Source: a candidate division FCPU426 bacterium (GTDB taxonomy: Bacteria > Oederibacteriota > Muellerivitia > Muellerivitales > Muellerivitaceae). From it: a DNA stretch of 64,000 bases. The DNA is taken from assembly GCA_963771075.1 (NCBI GenBank), contig CAVYSE010000024.1, positions 1-64,000 on the forward strand. Reading direction: 5' to 3'. This document shows positions 21,058 through 31,142 of the stretch, in pieces (the first letter of the stretch is position 1; the number at the start of each line of letters is the position of its first letter). The translations under genes were made by a program, and so were the position numbers. The notes beneath the pieces are model-generated. The model did not search any database. It was given only the letters and a program-made list of their open reading frames with translations, and had not been told where the DNA came from.

Positions 21058-21606
21058 ATGATGCAAAATTTAATCCAAACGGCCCAACAATGGGACACGA
21101 AGGTTTTCGGACTCATCTTCGGGGATTCCGATGGTAAGCCCTTGAAGCGGTTCTTCTTCCACCTATCCCATACGGCGGATGCTTTCCCTTGTTTGCTGAT
21201 GGGGATCACCTGGCTAATTCTTCAACCAGCCCAATGGGCATATGTTTTGACCGCCACCTCGGCTTTTGTTTTGGAGCTTTCACTTTACTACCTGATCAAA
21301 AAAAATATCCGCCGTCCCCGTCCTTTCAAACACCTGAAGGGAGTCCGTGCGCTGATTGTTCCCCCCGACGAGTTCAGCTTTCCTTCCGGCCATACCGCAG
21401 CGTCTTTTTTGATGGCCATCATCATGAGCGCGGCACTTCCCTCGTTATCCCCTTGGTTATTCGCTTGGGCTGTTTTGGTGGGGCTTTCGAGGATTTACCT
21501 GGGAGTGCATTACCCGGGTGATGTATTGGCGGGCGTGGCTTTGGGCGTGATCAGCGCCAATACCAGTCTTTGGGCCATGGACCTTTTCCTGAAGACGAGT
21601 CTCTAA
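21058..21606 (+). CDS. PAP2-family membrane phosphatase
   Basis: K…RPRP, SFPSGH, SRIYLGVHYPGDV. Confidence 0.9.
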   Translation: MMQNLIQTAQQWDTKVFGLIFGDSDGKPLKRFFFHLSHTADAFPCLLMGITWLILQPAQWAYVLTATSAFVLELSLYYLIKKNIRRPRPFKHLKGVRALIVPPDEFSFPSGHTAASFLMAIIMSAALPSLSPWLFAWAVLVGLSRIYLGVHYPGDVLAGVALGVISANTSLWAMDLFLKTSL

Positions 21607-21842
21607 CCCTCTTCGCTTATTTCCACGCCTTTCTTGCCGTAAATGGAGAGTTTCCAATGGCGCGAACTGAAAAATCCGTTGTTATTTCGGCGGATTTATG
21701 CCGTAGCAGGATTGTCCCCGCGAGAAAAAAGGAAATCCAGAACTTTCGAAGGCTTAAGCGTATGCTTCATGGAAAATCCAGTCGAAAAGCCCTGGTATTC
21801 CTGGAAAATTGGATTTTTAGGAAATAAATACGCGCTTTAAAT

Positions 21843-22121
21843 TTGATTTGGAAAGAGAAAAGGGTGAATAAAAAAGGACAATTGGAACACCAAATCACCC
21901 GAGCATTGGCGTCTTTGGGTTTGCGTCCAAACCGAACCTGGTGGCAGGAGGGGGAGGGCGACTCTAGCTCCGACCAGCAATCCTTGATGGTTCAAATCGA
22001 CTCGAAGATATACCGTAAGGCGATTTCCAACGATATTTTTGAGGACGGTAAAAAAACCGAGGGAATAAATAGAGTCTTGGAATCATTCGTAAAGGAAATC
22101 CAGGAAGATCAGGAAAAATAA
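21843..22121 (+). CDS. Hypothetical protein
   Basis: 92-aa ORF with plausible composition; no recognised motif. Confidence 0.45.
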   Translation: MIWKEKRVNKKGQLEHQITRALASLGLRPNRTWWQEGEGDSSSDQQSLMVQIDSKIYRKAISNDIFEDGKKTEGINRVLESFVKEIQEDQEK

Positions 22122-22479
22122 CCTTAAGGGTGGCTTTAAGAATTGCCTGGTTGTTATTTGCGGACACCCATTAATAAACATTTCTTTGAGTCTTGGCGTA
22201 TTTGCGGTGGATTTTTAAATGCTCCCGTGAGTATGACTTGTCCAGAGGAATAATAAGCCATGGGGGTTATGTGGTCGCGTGTTTTAATGTGAACCTCTTG
22301 AATGAGTGATTCGTTCTGAGTTATTTAGTGGCAAAGAATCATTTTCCTTCCTGCAAGGTGTATTTACCTCCTAAAAGGGACTATCGAGGGCCTCAAATAA
22401 CGTTAAAATCGTTGGACTCATGCTTTCCCTGTGTTAAACTTATGCCCTTCAAAAGCCGGTTTCCCAAGCTTTTTTAATA

Positions 22480-22508
22480 CCCCGGTCAATAACCGGGGCT
22501 TTTTTTTG
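22480..22508 (+). terminator. Terminator-like hairpin in the mreB upstream region
   Basis: CCCCGGT-CAATA-ACCGGGG followed by C and a long T run. Confidence 0.6.
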
Positions 22509-22581
22509 ATACCCAAACCTGTTGTTTTTCCATGGGAAAAGCCCGATAGGCCCATTGAATCCTTGTTTCGGAGGGTTTTAC

Positions 22582-23622
22582 TTGCTGAATTTTCTGCTTG
22601 GCCTCTTTTCAAGCGATGTGGCCATTGACTTAGGCACCGCAACTACCCTTGTTTATGTAAAGGGAAGGGGCATCGTGCTCCAGGAACCTTCCCTAGTGGT
22701 GGTCCATCGCGCTTCCAACCAGATATTGGCCGTGGGAAACGACGCCAAACTGATGCTGGGCCGCACACCTGGCTCCATCGTTGCCATCCGCCCCATGAAG
22801 GATGGGGTCATCGCCGATTTCGAGATCACCGAGCGAATGCTGCGGTTCTTCATCTCCAAGGTCCACAACCGCCGGTCCCTGATTCGTCCGAGGATCGTGG
22901 TGGCGATCCCATCGGGCTGTACCGAGGTGGAAAAGCGCGCGGTGCGCGACTCCGCCGAGCAGGCCGGGGCACGGGAAGTCTTTCTCATCGAGGAACCCAT
23001 GGCGGCGGCCATCGGCGCGGGAATGCCCATCGCCGAGCCCCAGGGAAACATGATCGTGGATATCGGAGGGGGAACCACCGAAGTGGCCGTGATTTCCCTG
23101 GGCGACGTGGTTTACGGCAGGTCCATCCGCACCGCGGGTGATGAGTTGGACGAGGCGGTGGTGAATTACATCAAGAAAACCTACAACATCCTCATCGGCG
23201 AGCGCACCGCCGAGGATATCAAGATCCAGATCGGATCGGCTTTCCCGCTGGAACAGGAACTGCGCATGCAGATCAAGGGCCGCGACCTGGTCACCGGCCT
23301 GCCCAAGACCATCGAACTCACTTCCCAGGAGATCCGAGGCGCCTTGGAGGAACCCCTGAGCCAAATCATCGAGGCCATCAAGATGACCCTGGAACGCACC
23401 CCTCCCGAGTTGGCGGCGGATATCGTGGATCGGGGTATCATTCTGGCCGGCGGGACATCCCTTTTGAAGAACCTGGATGAACGCTTGCGCGACGAGACCG
23501 GGGTGCCGGTCAACCTGGCCGACGACCCGACCACGGCCGTGGCCATGGGTTCGGGCCTGCTCTTGGACCGATCCATGGACTTCCTGCGGCGCGTGTCCGT
23601 TCTGGAGAAAGACTACGTCTGA
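22582..23622 (+). CDS. mreB: Rod shape-determining protein MreB
   Basis: [59 protein letters not shown] start after GGAGGG. Confidence 0.96.
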   Translation: MLNFLLGLFSSDVAIDLGTATTLVYVKGRGIVLQEPSLVVVHRASNQILAVGNDAKLMLGRTPGSIVAIRPMKDGVIADFEITERMLRFFISKVHNRRSLIRPRIVVAIPSGCTEVEKRAVRDSAEQAGAREVFLIEEPMAAAIGAGMPIAEPQGNMIVDIGGGTTEVAVISLGDVVYGRSIRTAGDELDEAVVNYIKKTYNILIGERTAEDIKIQIGSAFPLEQELRMQIKGRDLVTGLPKTIELTSQEIRGALEEPLSQIIEAIKMTLERTPPELAADIVDRGIILAGGTSLLKNLDERLRDETGVPVNLADDPTTAVAMGSGLLLDRSMDFLRRVSVLEKDYV

Positions 23623-23682
23623 TTCGGGGAGGACGGCCGAACCGAAAACAGGTCCAGCGACCTGCCCGGCGCCGTTTAGGCC

Positions 23683-24515
23683 ATGCTGAAATTCCTTCGA
23701 AGAAACCTATCCCTCCTGATCCTGATCCTCCTGGCGGCAACCTGCCTTTGGATTTTGGCCTACCGGCATAACCATCCCAACGCCCGGCATTGGGGCCTGA
23801 AAAACAATACCCTGAACCTTTGGATTCCTTTTCAGAACGCGGTGGGCGCGGTGGCCGCCTTCCCTGAAAACACCTGACCGCTCTGCAGGAACTCGGCCAC
23901 CTGCGCCAGGAGGTCAGCCGCCTTCAACTGGAAAACCAGGCCCTTCGCCTGGAGCTTTCCAACCACAAGTCCCTCCAGGAGGAACTGGTCCGGCTCAAGG
24001 AAGTCCTTCAGATCAAGTCGAAGCTTCCCCACCAGGCCAAGATCGCCCGCATCATCGCCCATGATCCCAGCACCTGGAGCAAGAGCTTCATCATCGACCT
24101 GGGCAAGGAGGACGGGGTGGAGGCCGACTCGCCTGTCATCGCCGAACAGGGGATCGTGGGACGGGTCCTGGAATGCTCGGCCAAGTACTCGAGGGTCCTG
24201 ATGATCTCGGACACCGATTCCAGCGTATCGGGAGTGGATGTGCGCTCCCGGGTAAATGGGGTGGTGCAGGGGACCGGGTTGGGGCCCTTAAGGTTCGGGT
24301 ATGTCAGCCCCCTGGAGGATGTGCAGGTGGGGGATACGGTGGTTTCCTCGGGGTTGGGCGGTGTTTTCCCCAAGGGGTACGCGCTGGGAACGGTCGTCAA
24401 ATCCAGCTCGGCCGAGAACCGATTGAGCTTGGAAATCGAAATGACCCCGGCCGTGGACCTGGGGGTTTTGGATTACGTGTTCATCCTTCCTCCGGTCGAA
24501 ATGTTCAAGGAATAA
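23683..24515 (+). CDS. mreC: Rod shape-determining protein MreC, frameshift at ~23873
   Basis: TM helix then coiled coil; second frame gives ARII.HDP, IDLG..DGV, G.VGRV, VVSSGLGGVFPKG. Adding one C to ACACC(C)TG joins the frames. Confidence 0.9.
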
Positions 24516-24517
24516 TC

Positions 24518-25001
24518 ATGAAGATCTCAAGGGAATCTGATTCTGCTTTTGGGTTTGTTTTTTCTCCAGCACCTATCCTACGTGGCCGATTGGGGGGTGG
24601 ACCTACCGTTGATTTTCGTGGTTCTCAAGGCCTTGCGAATCAAGCCCACCCAAGCGGCGGCTTGGGGGTTTTCCCTGGGCGCCTTACAAGACCTATTCAC
24701 GGCCGATTGGATTGGACCCCATATCGTGGGGAACGCGTTGGTGGGTTTTATCACCTCCAGTTTTCGCCGGAATGTTTACAGGGAACGGGTCATGACCCAA
24801 ACCTTTGTCGTGTGCGGAATGATGGGCCTGCGCCAATTGGTCATTTGGGGCCTGTTGAAATGGGACGGAACCGCCCCTCCCGCCTCGGACGCGTTGGGGG
24901 TGGTCCTCCAGTCGGTAGGGATGACAGGTTTGGTAGGTTGGGTGGTCTGTTGGTTGATGGTACGGTTCCGAACCCGCCGCCATGATCCCGCCACAGCGTA
25001 A
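24518..25001 (+). CDS. mreD: Rod shape-determining protein MreD, probable frameshift in first codons
   Basis: Position after mreC; DLPLI, GFSLGALQD, multiple TM helices. The RBS-preceded ATG at 24518 is out of frame with the body. Confidence 0.8.
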
Positions 25002-25104
25002 TATTTTTTGAATAACCTCAAACCCTTATTGATTTTTAATCTGGCATAAAGATCTTACTTTGCGTTATTTGGTGAACTTTGTGGTGAGGGCGGATTTTAA
25101 CAGC

Positions 25105-26613
25105 TCAGCGCCTTTTCGCGTCCCGAATGACTTCTAGGCTTTTGAGGGGCTTCCCATCCTTATAAATGATCACGAAGTACCGACCTGGTGCTACGGGATT
25201 TCCATCGCCGTCCAAACAGTCCCATGCCAGCCATGCGTCGGTTTCGATCGTTATCACACGGTCCAACAGCGTTTCCATCCTTTTTCCGGAGCTATTTAAC
25301 ACATCCGCCCGGTATCTCCCGGGACCGTCCCCCAAAACGACATAAATGTTGGCGGGCGGGTCGGAGAATTTGACGGTATGGTCTTGGTCCAATAGGGAAT
25401 ACCAAAGGGGAAGGGGCGTTGAGGAGGGTAAAAAGTTAGGGGTTGGGGTTGAGGTGGGTGGAAAAGGTGCGGGTTGTTTCCTGTCAATGGGAGGCGAGGG
25501 AGATAATGAGGTTTTCGGGACAGGGTTTATGGAAGGAGGAAGTGGGATGAGCGGGGTAGGAGAAGGTATTTGAGGTGAAGGAAAGTTTGAAGTGAGGAGT
25601 GATAGGTTAGGGGTAGAAGTGAGAGTGGGTAGGATCTTGAGTGGTTTTTGTTTATTAGGCATTGGAGGCAGATCGAGATTGGAGAATGAGGATGGGGAAA
25701 CGGGAGCGGCGAAAGAGGTTGGGGAAGAGTTTATGATAATGGTGGGGGCAGGCGAAGGGGCGCGCAAGGTGGAAAGAAATTGGGAGAAGTCAGGGGTGGG
25801 GGTCTCTGGGGGGGATTGGGAAACCCCAAGGGTTGGGAGGGGAGAGGGTTTGGAGGAACAGTCCGTGTCCCGGTTGAAGGTAAGGGTGAAATCAAAGACC
25901 TTGGCCTGGCCCTTGCTCCAGTTCCAATTGGGCTGGGGATTGGCGCCGTAGCCGGGTGTGTCGTTGTGATTCAAAACGATGGAAAGTTTGGGGTCTTGAA
26001 AGCGGTCGTCCGCGAGAAGAAGGTATAGGTTTTCCGGGTTCAGCTGGACCGTCAGGTGGCTGTGGTAGGTGGATGGCCCGATCTGGAGCGGGATGTTGTC
26101 GGCTTGCTGGATCAGCCAAGCGCTCTCGGGGTTCTTCTCGTTCCAGGCGTCGATGGGGATGAACCCCTTGAGGTCCTGGAAAGCGAAAGTCGATCCCTGC
26201 CAGTCGCCATAGGGAAATCGGCAATAAACCTCTACCGCGCTCACGAACAGGGTCTCACGGGGCTCCAATAGGTAATGGATTCTTAAGCCTCGCCCCAGGC
26301 ATTCCACGCTATATTCCAGGTCGACGGGAACTTGGTTCACCATGAGGGTATTCGATCCCTTCCCGCTTTCAAGCCCATCCGAGGATTTGAACTTAAAGGA
26401 GCCGCCCCAGTGATGGTTCTTCCATTTGCCGGTGAAGATCCAGGGGAATACACGGGCGATTTCCTGATAGCCGTCCTGGACCACGATCTCGCCGTTGTCC
26501 TGGACGTGGAAGGTAAAGGCACGCACATTTGGGCCGGAGCCCGCGAAAGCTGAAAAACAGGGAAGGAGTAATAGGACCAGGACCGGCAATAGTTTTTTGG
26601 ACGCAGTCGTCAT
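25105..26613 (-). CDS. Secreted protein: N-terminal beta-rich domain, Pro/Ser/Thr linker, C-terminal FlgD-Ig-like domain
   Basis: Signal peptide AFA|; long PST linker; VLNSSGKRM…WDCLDGDGNPVAPGRYFVII. Confidence 0.7.
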   Translation of the reverse strand: MTTASKKLLPVLVLLLLPCFSAFAGSGPNVRAFTFHVQDNGEIVVQDGYQEIARVFPWIFTGKWKNHHWGGSFKFKSSDGLESGKGSNTLMVNQVPVDLEYSVECLGRGLRIHYLLEPRETLFVSAVEVYCRFPYGDWQGSTFAFQDLKGFIPIDAWNEKNPESAWLIQQADNIPLQIGPSTYHSHLTVQLNPENLYLLLADDRFQDPKLSIVLNHNDTPGYGANPQPNWNWSKGQAKVFDFTLTFNRDTDCSSKPSPLPTLGVSQSPPETPTPDFSQFLSTLRAPSPAPTIIINSSPTSFAAPVSPSSFSNLDLPPMPNKQKPLKILPTLTSTPNLSLLTSNFPSPQIPSPTPLIPLPPSINPVPKTSLSPSPPIDRKQPAPFPPTSTPTPNFLPSSTPLPLWYSLLDQDHTVKFSDPPANIYVVLGDGPGRYRADVLNSSGKRMETLLDRVITIETDAWLAWDCLDGDGNPVAPGRYFVIIYKDGKPLKSLEVIRDAKRR

Positions 26614-26743
26614 TCGATACCTGGAAGGGGCAATGGTTTGATAAGTCTGTTCGAAAAGCCAACAGAAGATTAGACGAAAGTGGCGGCGGATGGAACCTAA
26701 TTTCGATCATCCAAAGACCCGCTTGAAAGAGAACCCCGGAAAT

Positions 26744-26777
26744 AAAAAAAGCGGCCCGTTTTTTCGGGCCGCTTTTT
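26744..26777. terminator. Intrinsic terminator
   Basis: A7-GCGGCCCG/CGGGCCGC-T5 just downstream of the minus-strand gene ending at 26794. Confidence 0.8.
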
Positions 26778-26793
26778 AAAAAATGTCCGTGAA

Positions 26794-28452
26794 TTACTGG
26801 TAAATCCATTCCGAAACATCCGCCACTACAGTAACAGGGAAGCCTGTCCCCCCGCTACCTGATCCAATTTGAATCCCATAAACAGCAATCTCCGTTGGGT
26901 CGAAGACGCCAGATGTAGCCGTCGATGGTACGGTCATCGATAAGGTGACACACCCTGAACTCGTGGTTGTGCTGTTGGTACTCCAGAGCCCAACACCGCC
27001 TTCATAATGACTTCCATAAGCGGCACCATTTCCAATATTGGTGCCGTTTTGTGCGACGAAAATCTGTCCGTATATTTGGGCGGCATCGCTATTCCATCCT
27101 CCGGTGATGTTGACGATTTCTGTAATGGTTTTTCCGCTCATGTCTATGGGTGTGGAAAGACTGTCTTGGATTAGCGCCCCTTGACTGGCGGCAGTAAACC
27201 CGATTGTCACCTCCATAGCACCGGTATCTAAACAACTGTTATATGCCGGGTTATACCCAACATTTACTGATACCCCGGAGGTGGTGCCGTAAATATTATT
27301 TGACCATGCTGAAATCGAAGAGGATGAATCGAAGATAAATCCTTGCGCGCCGCCGGGTGTGGTAGTTACCGTTGGAGTGCTACCATTTGATGTTGGGGTC
27401 ATCGTAGGGGTGTTAGCGGCTGTAAAGGTGACAGCGTCGATCCAAACCGTTACGGGCGAGGCTACATTTATACCGGCGGCAGGTACTTGTATTCCTATAG
27501 CCGCGATGGAGGTGGGTTGGCTTGGACTAAGAGTGGCGGTCACGTACGTCCAAGAGGTCGCAAGGGGGCCATTAAGCCAATCTTCATCTACCCAGGTTCC
27601 GCTGGAACCGCTTTGATCAAATACCTGTGCATTGATGCCGCTGCCAGACAGATTGGAGGAAACTTTATACCAAAATGATAAAGTGCTGCCTTGTGGAATT
27701 GATGCCAAATTCGTATAGCCGAAATTAAGACCTATCATTCCGTTGGTCGAGCTTGAGGCGGGCATGATGATTTCCAAGGCATTCGTCGAACCACTCATGG
27801 CATTTGTGGGATCCAACTGTACGACGGTACCACTGGGGGCACTCCAGGCTGTCCAGCATTGGGTGTCGGTGGCAAAGGTATAGGTAGCCTGTAAAACGGG
27901 CACGCAGACCGCTGTGGTGCTTGTGCTGGTTTGGGTGGCCGTCGCCGTCGAGGTGCTGGTAACGGCAGGGGTGATCGTAATGGTTTGAGTGAGAGTAATG
28001 GTTGGTGTCAAGGTTTCGGTGTCAGTTTGGGTCGAGGTACCGGTGGGAATGGGCGAAAGGGTATTAGTGGGTGAACTGGTGTTGGTGGGCGAAGAGGTAT
28101 TGGTTGGAGATGTTGTGTTAGTGGGGGATGAAGTACCGGTCGCGGTATTAGTGGAAGTGCCGGTGTTCGTGGCGGTTTGGCTCGAGGTCGGGGTGCCGGT
28201 CGGCATGGGAGACGATGTTAGGGTGGGTGAGGAAGTCTGTGTCGGGGATGGTGTTACTGTTGGGGTGTTCGTTGAGGTCGGTGAGTTGGTGGATGTGTAG
28301 GAAAAGACCGGCGAAGGGGTGCTGGTCGAAGTGGCGAGGAGAATGGTAGTGGGAGCGGCAAGTGGGGGTCCAGTCCGGGTACAGCTCACGACGGCCGCGG
28401 TGAGCAGGGTGACGGCCAAGATCAACAGACTGAAATTTTTAAAACGTCCCAT
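26794..28452 (-). CDS. Lipoprotein with long Thr/Ser/Pro stalk and two probable carbohydrate-binding (beta-sandwich) domains
   Basis: Lipobox VVS|C; ~150-aa T/S/P region with (S/T)SPTNT repeats; two Trp-rich modules ending VWIDAVTF and VADVSEWIY; GGAGG RBS. Confidence 0.75.
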   Translation of the reverse strand: MGRFKNFSLLILAVTLLTAAVVSCTRTGPPLAAPTTILLATSTSTPSPVFSYTSTNSPTSTNTPTVTPSPTQTSSPTLTSSPMPTGTPTSSQTATNTGTSTNTATGTSSPTNTTSPTNTSSPTNTSSPTNTLSPIPTGTSTQTDTETLTPTITLTQTITITPAVTSTSTATATQTSTSTTAVCVPVLQATYTFATDTQCWTAWSAPSGTVVQLDPTNAMSGSTNALEIIMPASSSTNGMIGLNFGYTNLASIPQGSTLSFWYKVSSNLSGSGINAQVFDQSGSSGTWVDEDWLNGPLATSWTYVTATLSPSQPTSIAAIGIQVPAAGINVASPVTVWIDAVTFTAANTPTMTPTSNGSTPTVTTTPGGAQGFIFDSSSSISAWSNNIYGTTSGVSVNVGYNPAYNSCLDTGAMEVTIGFTAASQGALIQDSLSTPIDMSGKTITEIVNITGGWNSDAAQIYGQIFVAQNGTNIGNGAAYGSHYEGGVGLWSTNSTTTSSGCVTLSMTVPSTATSGVFDPTEIAVYGIQIGSGSGGTGFPVTVVADVSEWIYQ

Positions 28453-28864
28453 TTCTTCCTCCATGGGTAAAATCATTATTGTTTTCGGCTCTGCCTTGTT
28501 TCTCCCGGAGAACATCCGATAAGAGGGTGAGGATCAAACCAACAGATCGACAGGACTCCGCGTTTTTCCCCCAAGACGGCTAAAACGGTTTAATCATATC
28601 ACTAAAGGGGCCTGCCTTGGAATGAAGTTAACCAAATCAATGGCGAATTTGGCCGGAAATTTGGGTTAAAACATTAAGCTGGTTTGCACGGTAAAGAATT
28701 GGAAAGGTTTCATGGCGTTACAGGACATGAACCTAAACGAACATAAGGTTTGAAAATAGTTTAACCCGGCCGCACATGAGAATAATTGAGGCCAAACACT
28801 TTGGTTTGGGTTTAAATGTTGCCTGGTTTTCGAGGCGTTTTCCAAAAAATAAAAGAGGGTCCCG

Positions 28865-31093
28865 ATGAGATTGACGAGCTCAAGCATTCTCCTGCTTTTC
28901 GCATCGGTTTTGGTGTCCTTTCCCGTGAAGGTTTTTGCGGTGGACCTGAAGTGGGAGTCCCCGGAGACCCATCGAAAAGTTTCCAAAAAAGTCGCTGAAG
29001 TTGAATCCGTGATACGGAAGGGTCCCTTTAAAGAGGATTGGGAATCCCTCAAGCGTTATCAAGCTCCCGATTGGTTTCGCGACGCCAAGTTCGGCATCTT
29101 CATCCACTGGGGTCTCTACTCCGTGCCCGGCTACGCTAACGAGTGGTACTCCCGAAACATGTACCAGCAGGGGGACGACGCCTTCAAGCACCACGTGGCC
29201 ACCTACGGCCCGCAAAACAAGTTCGGCTATAAGGATTTCATTCCCCTCTTCACCGCCAAAAATTATGACCCGAACCATTGGGCCCAACTCTTCCGGCAGG
29301 CGGGGGCCAAGTATGTGGTGCCGGTGGCGGAACACCATGATGGCTTTTCCCTGTATGACTCGAGTTTCTCCCGTTGGACAGCCAAAAAGATGGGACCTAA
29401 AAGGGATTTGATAGGCGAGTTGGCCGGTGCGGCGCGAAAGGCAGGCCTGGTTTTTGGTCTTTCCTACCACCGGGCCGAACACTGGTGGTTCATGAACGGC
29501 GGTCAAAAATTCAACTCGGACGTTCAGGATTCCCGTTATGCCGATTTCTACGGACCGGCCCAGTCGGACAATACGGGCCCGGACGAGGCTTACCTGCGCA
29601 ATTGGCTGGCCCGCTTCAGCGAGATGGTGGACAAGTACCATCCTCAAATCGTGGGCGATATGGACTGGTGGATCGGCTTGAGGCCGCCCTTCATGCCTTA
29701 CCTTTGTAAATTCTCCGCCTTTTATTACGACCGCGCGGCGCAATGGAAGAAGGGTGTGGTCATTACCGCCAAGGACAAGACCTTTGTGTCCGGGGCCGCG
29801 ATCCAGGACGTGGAAAAGGGTTCACTGCCCGAAATCAATCCCGCTCCCTGGCAAACCGATACCACCATCAGCCTTGGTTCCTGGGCCTATTTAAAGGACG
29901 AACATTATAAGAAAGCGGATCTCCTGGTCCGGAAGCTCGTGGATATCGTGAGCAAGAACGGAAACCTGCTGCTGGATATCGGTCCGAAGCCCGATGGGAC
30001 CATTCCGAAAGGGGAAGAGGACGTCCTCCTGGAGATGGGCCAGTGGCTCAAGCTCAATGGCGAGGCCATTTATGGAACCCGGCCCTGGGTCAATTTCGGG
30101 GAAGGCCCGACCCGGGATAAGGGCGGCGAGTTCAACGAGAGCGGCGACTATCAAGAAGGCGATATCCGTTACACCCTGAAAGGAAACAACCTTTACATCA
30201 TCTCCCTCTTTCCACCCACCTGCGCTCTCAAGGCGGGTCTTTTGGGCAAGAAAGCCGCGCCCGCCTTGGTGATCAAGGATGTCACCCTGCTCGGTACCGG
30301 TGATCAGGTGAAATGGGAAAGGACAGACCAGGCGCTGTTGCTTCCGGCTTCGTCCGGCAATGGAGTCATGCCGGTGGTCTATCGGGCCAGCTTGGATGGC
30401 TCCGCCCTGGGGCCCATCCAGGTTCATTCGATGGATCAAACCCTGTCGGCGGCGGCCGGGTTCCAAAATTACTCTGCTCAACCATTGGCGAAAAAGGGAG
30501 TCCTCTCCATGGATGGTAAACTGGTGAATGACCGGGAGGTCACGGTGGGACCTTTCTCTTTCGGCCAGATGGAACTTCAATACGAAGCCCCGAAAGCGGG
30601 TTTCTATCAGGTCAAGGTCAGCGTGCCGGGTTTAGGCGATTATTCGGGCTCTTTGGTCCTGCCAGCGTTGGACCTTTCGGGGACGTGGCTATTCCACAAA
30701 GGGGATGATCTGAAATGGATCGACCCGGCGCTCGACGATAGCGGTTGGGAAAAGGTCGTGCTTCCCGGCCAGTGGGCGGGCCACGGATACAGTTGTGATG
30801 ATTGTTACGGCTGGTACCGGCTGCACCTGGTCCTCCCGAAAGAATGGAGCGGCCATTCCCTGGTTCTGCCCCTAGGCAAGATCGACGATAGCGATGTCAC
30901 TTATTTCAATGGGACGGAAATCGGGCGGATGGGTGACAAGAAGACAACGGGATGGGGCAAAGACCGCCGTTACGAAGTTCCTGCCCCGTTGATCCATTTC
31001 GGAGGGGATAACGTCATCGCGATCCAGGTCTATAACATTTCGGGCGGCGCGGGGTTATACGATGGGCCGCTGGGGCCTATTGAGGTTAAATAA
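28865..31093 (+). CDS. GH29 alpha-L-fucosidase with C-terminal galactose-binding-like domain
   Basis: WFRDAKFGIFIHWG.YSVP, EWY, AGAKYVV..AEHHDGF, GPKRDLIGEL, DIVSKNGNLLL, WL..NGEAIYGTRPW. Confidence 0.92.
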   Translation: MRLTSSSILLLFASVLVSFPVKVFAVDLKWESPETHRKVSKKVAEVESVIRKGPFKEDWESLKRYQAPDWFRDAKFGIFIHWGLYSVPGYANEWYSRNMYQQGDDAFKHHVATYGPQNKFGYKDFIPLFTAKNYDPNHWAQLFRQAGAKYVVPVAEHHDGFSLYDSSFSRWTAKKMGPKRDLIGELAGAARKAGLVFGLSYHRAEHWWFMNGGQKFNSDVQDSRYADFYGPAQSDNTGPDEAYLRNWLARFSEMVDKYHPQIVGDMDWWIGLRPPFMPYLCKFSAFYYDRAAQWKKGVVITAKDKTFVSGAAIQDVEKGSLPEINPAPWQTDTTISLGSWAYLKDEHYKKADLLVRKLVDIVSKNGNLLLDIGPKPDGTIPKGEEDVLLEMGQWLKLNGEAIYGTRPWVNFGEGPTRDKGGEFNESGDYQEGDIRYTLKGNNLYIISLFPPTCALKAGLLGKKAAPALVIKDVTLLGTGDQVKWERTDQALLLPASSGNGVMPVVYRASLDGSALGPIQVHSMDQTLSAAAGFQNYSAQPLAKKGVLSMDGKLVNDREVTVGPFSFGQMELQYEAPKAGFYQVKVSVPGLGDYSGSLVLPALDLSGTWLFHKGDDLKWIDPALDDSGWEKVVLPGQWAGHGYSCDDCYGWYRLHLVLPKEWSGHSLVLPLGKIDDSDVTYFNGTEIGRMGDKKTTGWGKDRRYEVPAPLIHFGGDNVIAIQVYNISGGAGLYDGPLGPIEVK

Positions 31094-31100
31094 GGTTGAA

Positions 31101-31124
31101 CCCTCTCCCTCAAGGGGAGAAGGG
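31101..31124. repeat. REP-like hairpin (CCCTCTCCC…GGGAGAAGG family)
   Basis: CCCTCTCCCTCAAGGGGAGAAGGG, near-identical to the copy at ~44683-44705. Confidence 0.6.
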
Positions 31125-31142
31125 GAAAAAGGAAAAAGAAGA

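Noticed and set aside
21570..21840. Short overlapping ORFs after the PAP2 gene
   Set aside because: Two competing frames, neither with motif support.
23683..25001. mreC/mreD as pseudogenes or programmed frameshifts
   Set aside because: Single-base breaks with otherwise intact sequence, no slippery heptamer, same pattern window-wide; sequencing error is more likely.
25400..25860. Strong G/A skew on the + strand
   Set aside because: Explained by Pro/Ser/Leu codons of the linker on the - strand.
27900..28330. Tandem 18-nt-like repeats that could suggest an array
   Set aside because: They encode the Thr/Ser/Pro stalk of a lipoprotein; degenerate at third positions, with no repeat-spacer structure or cas genes.
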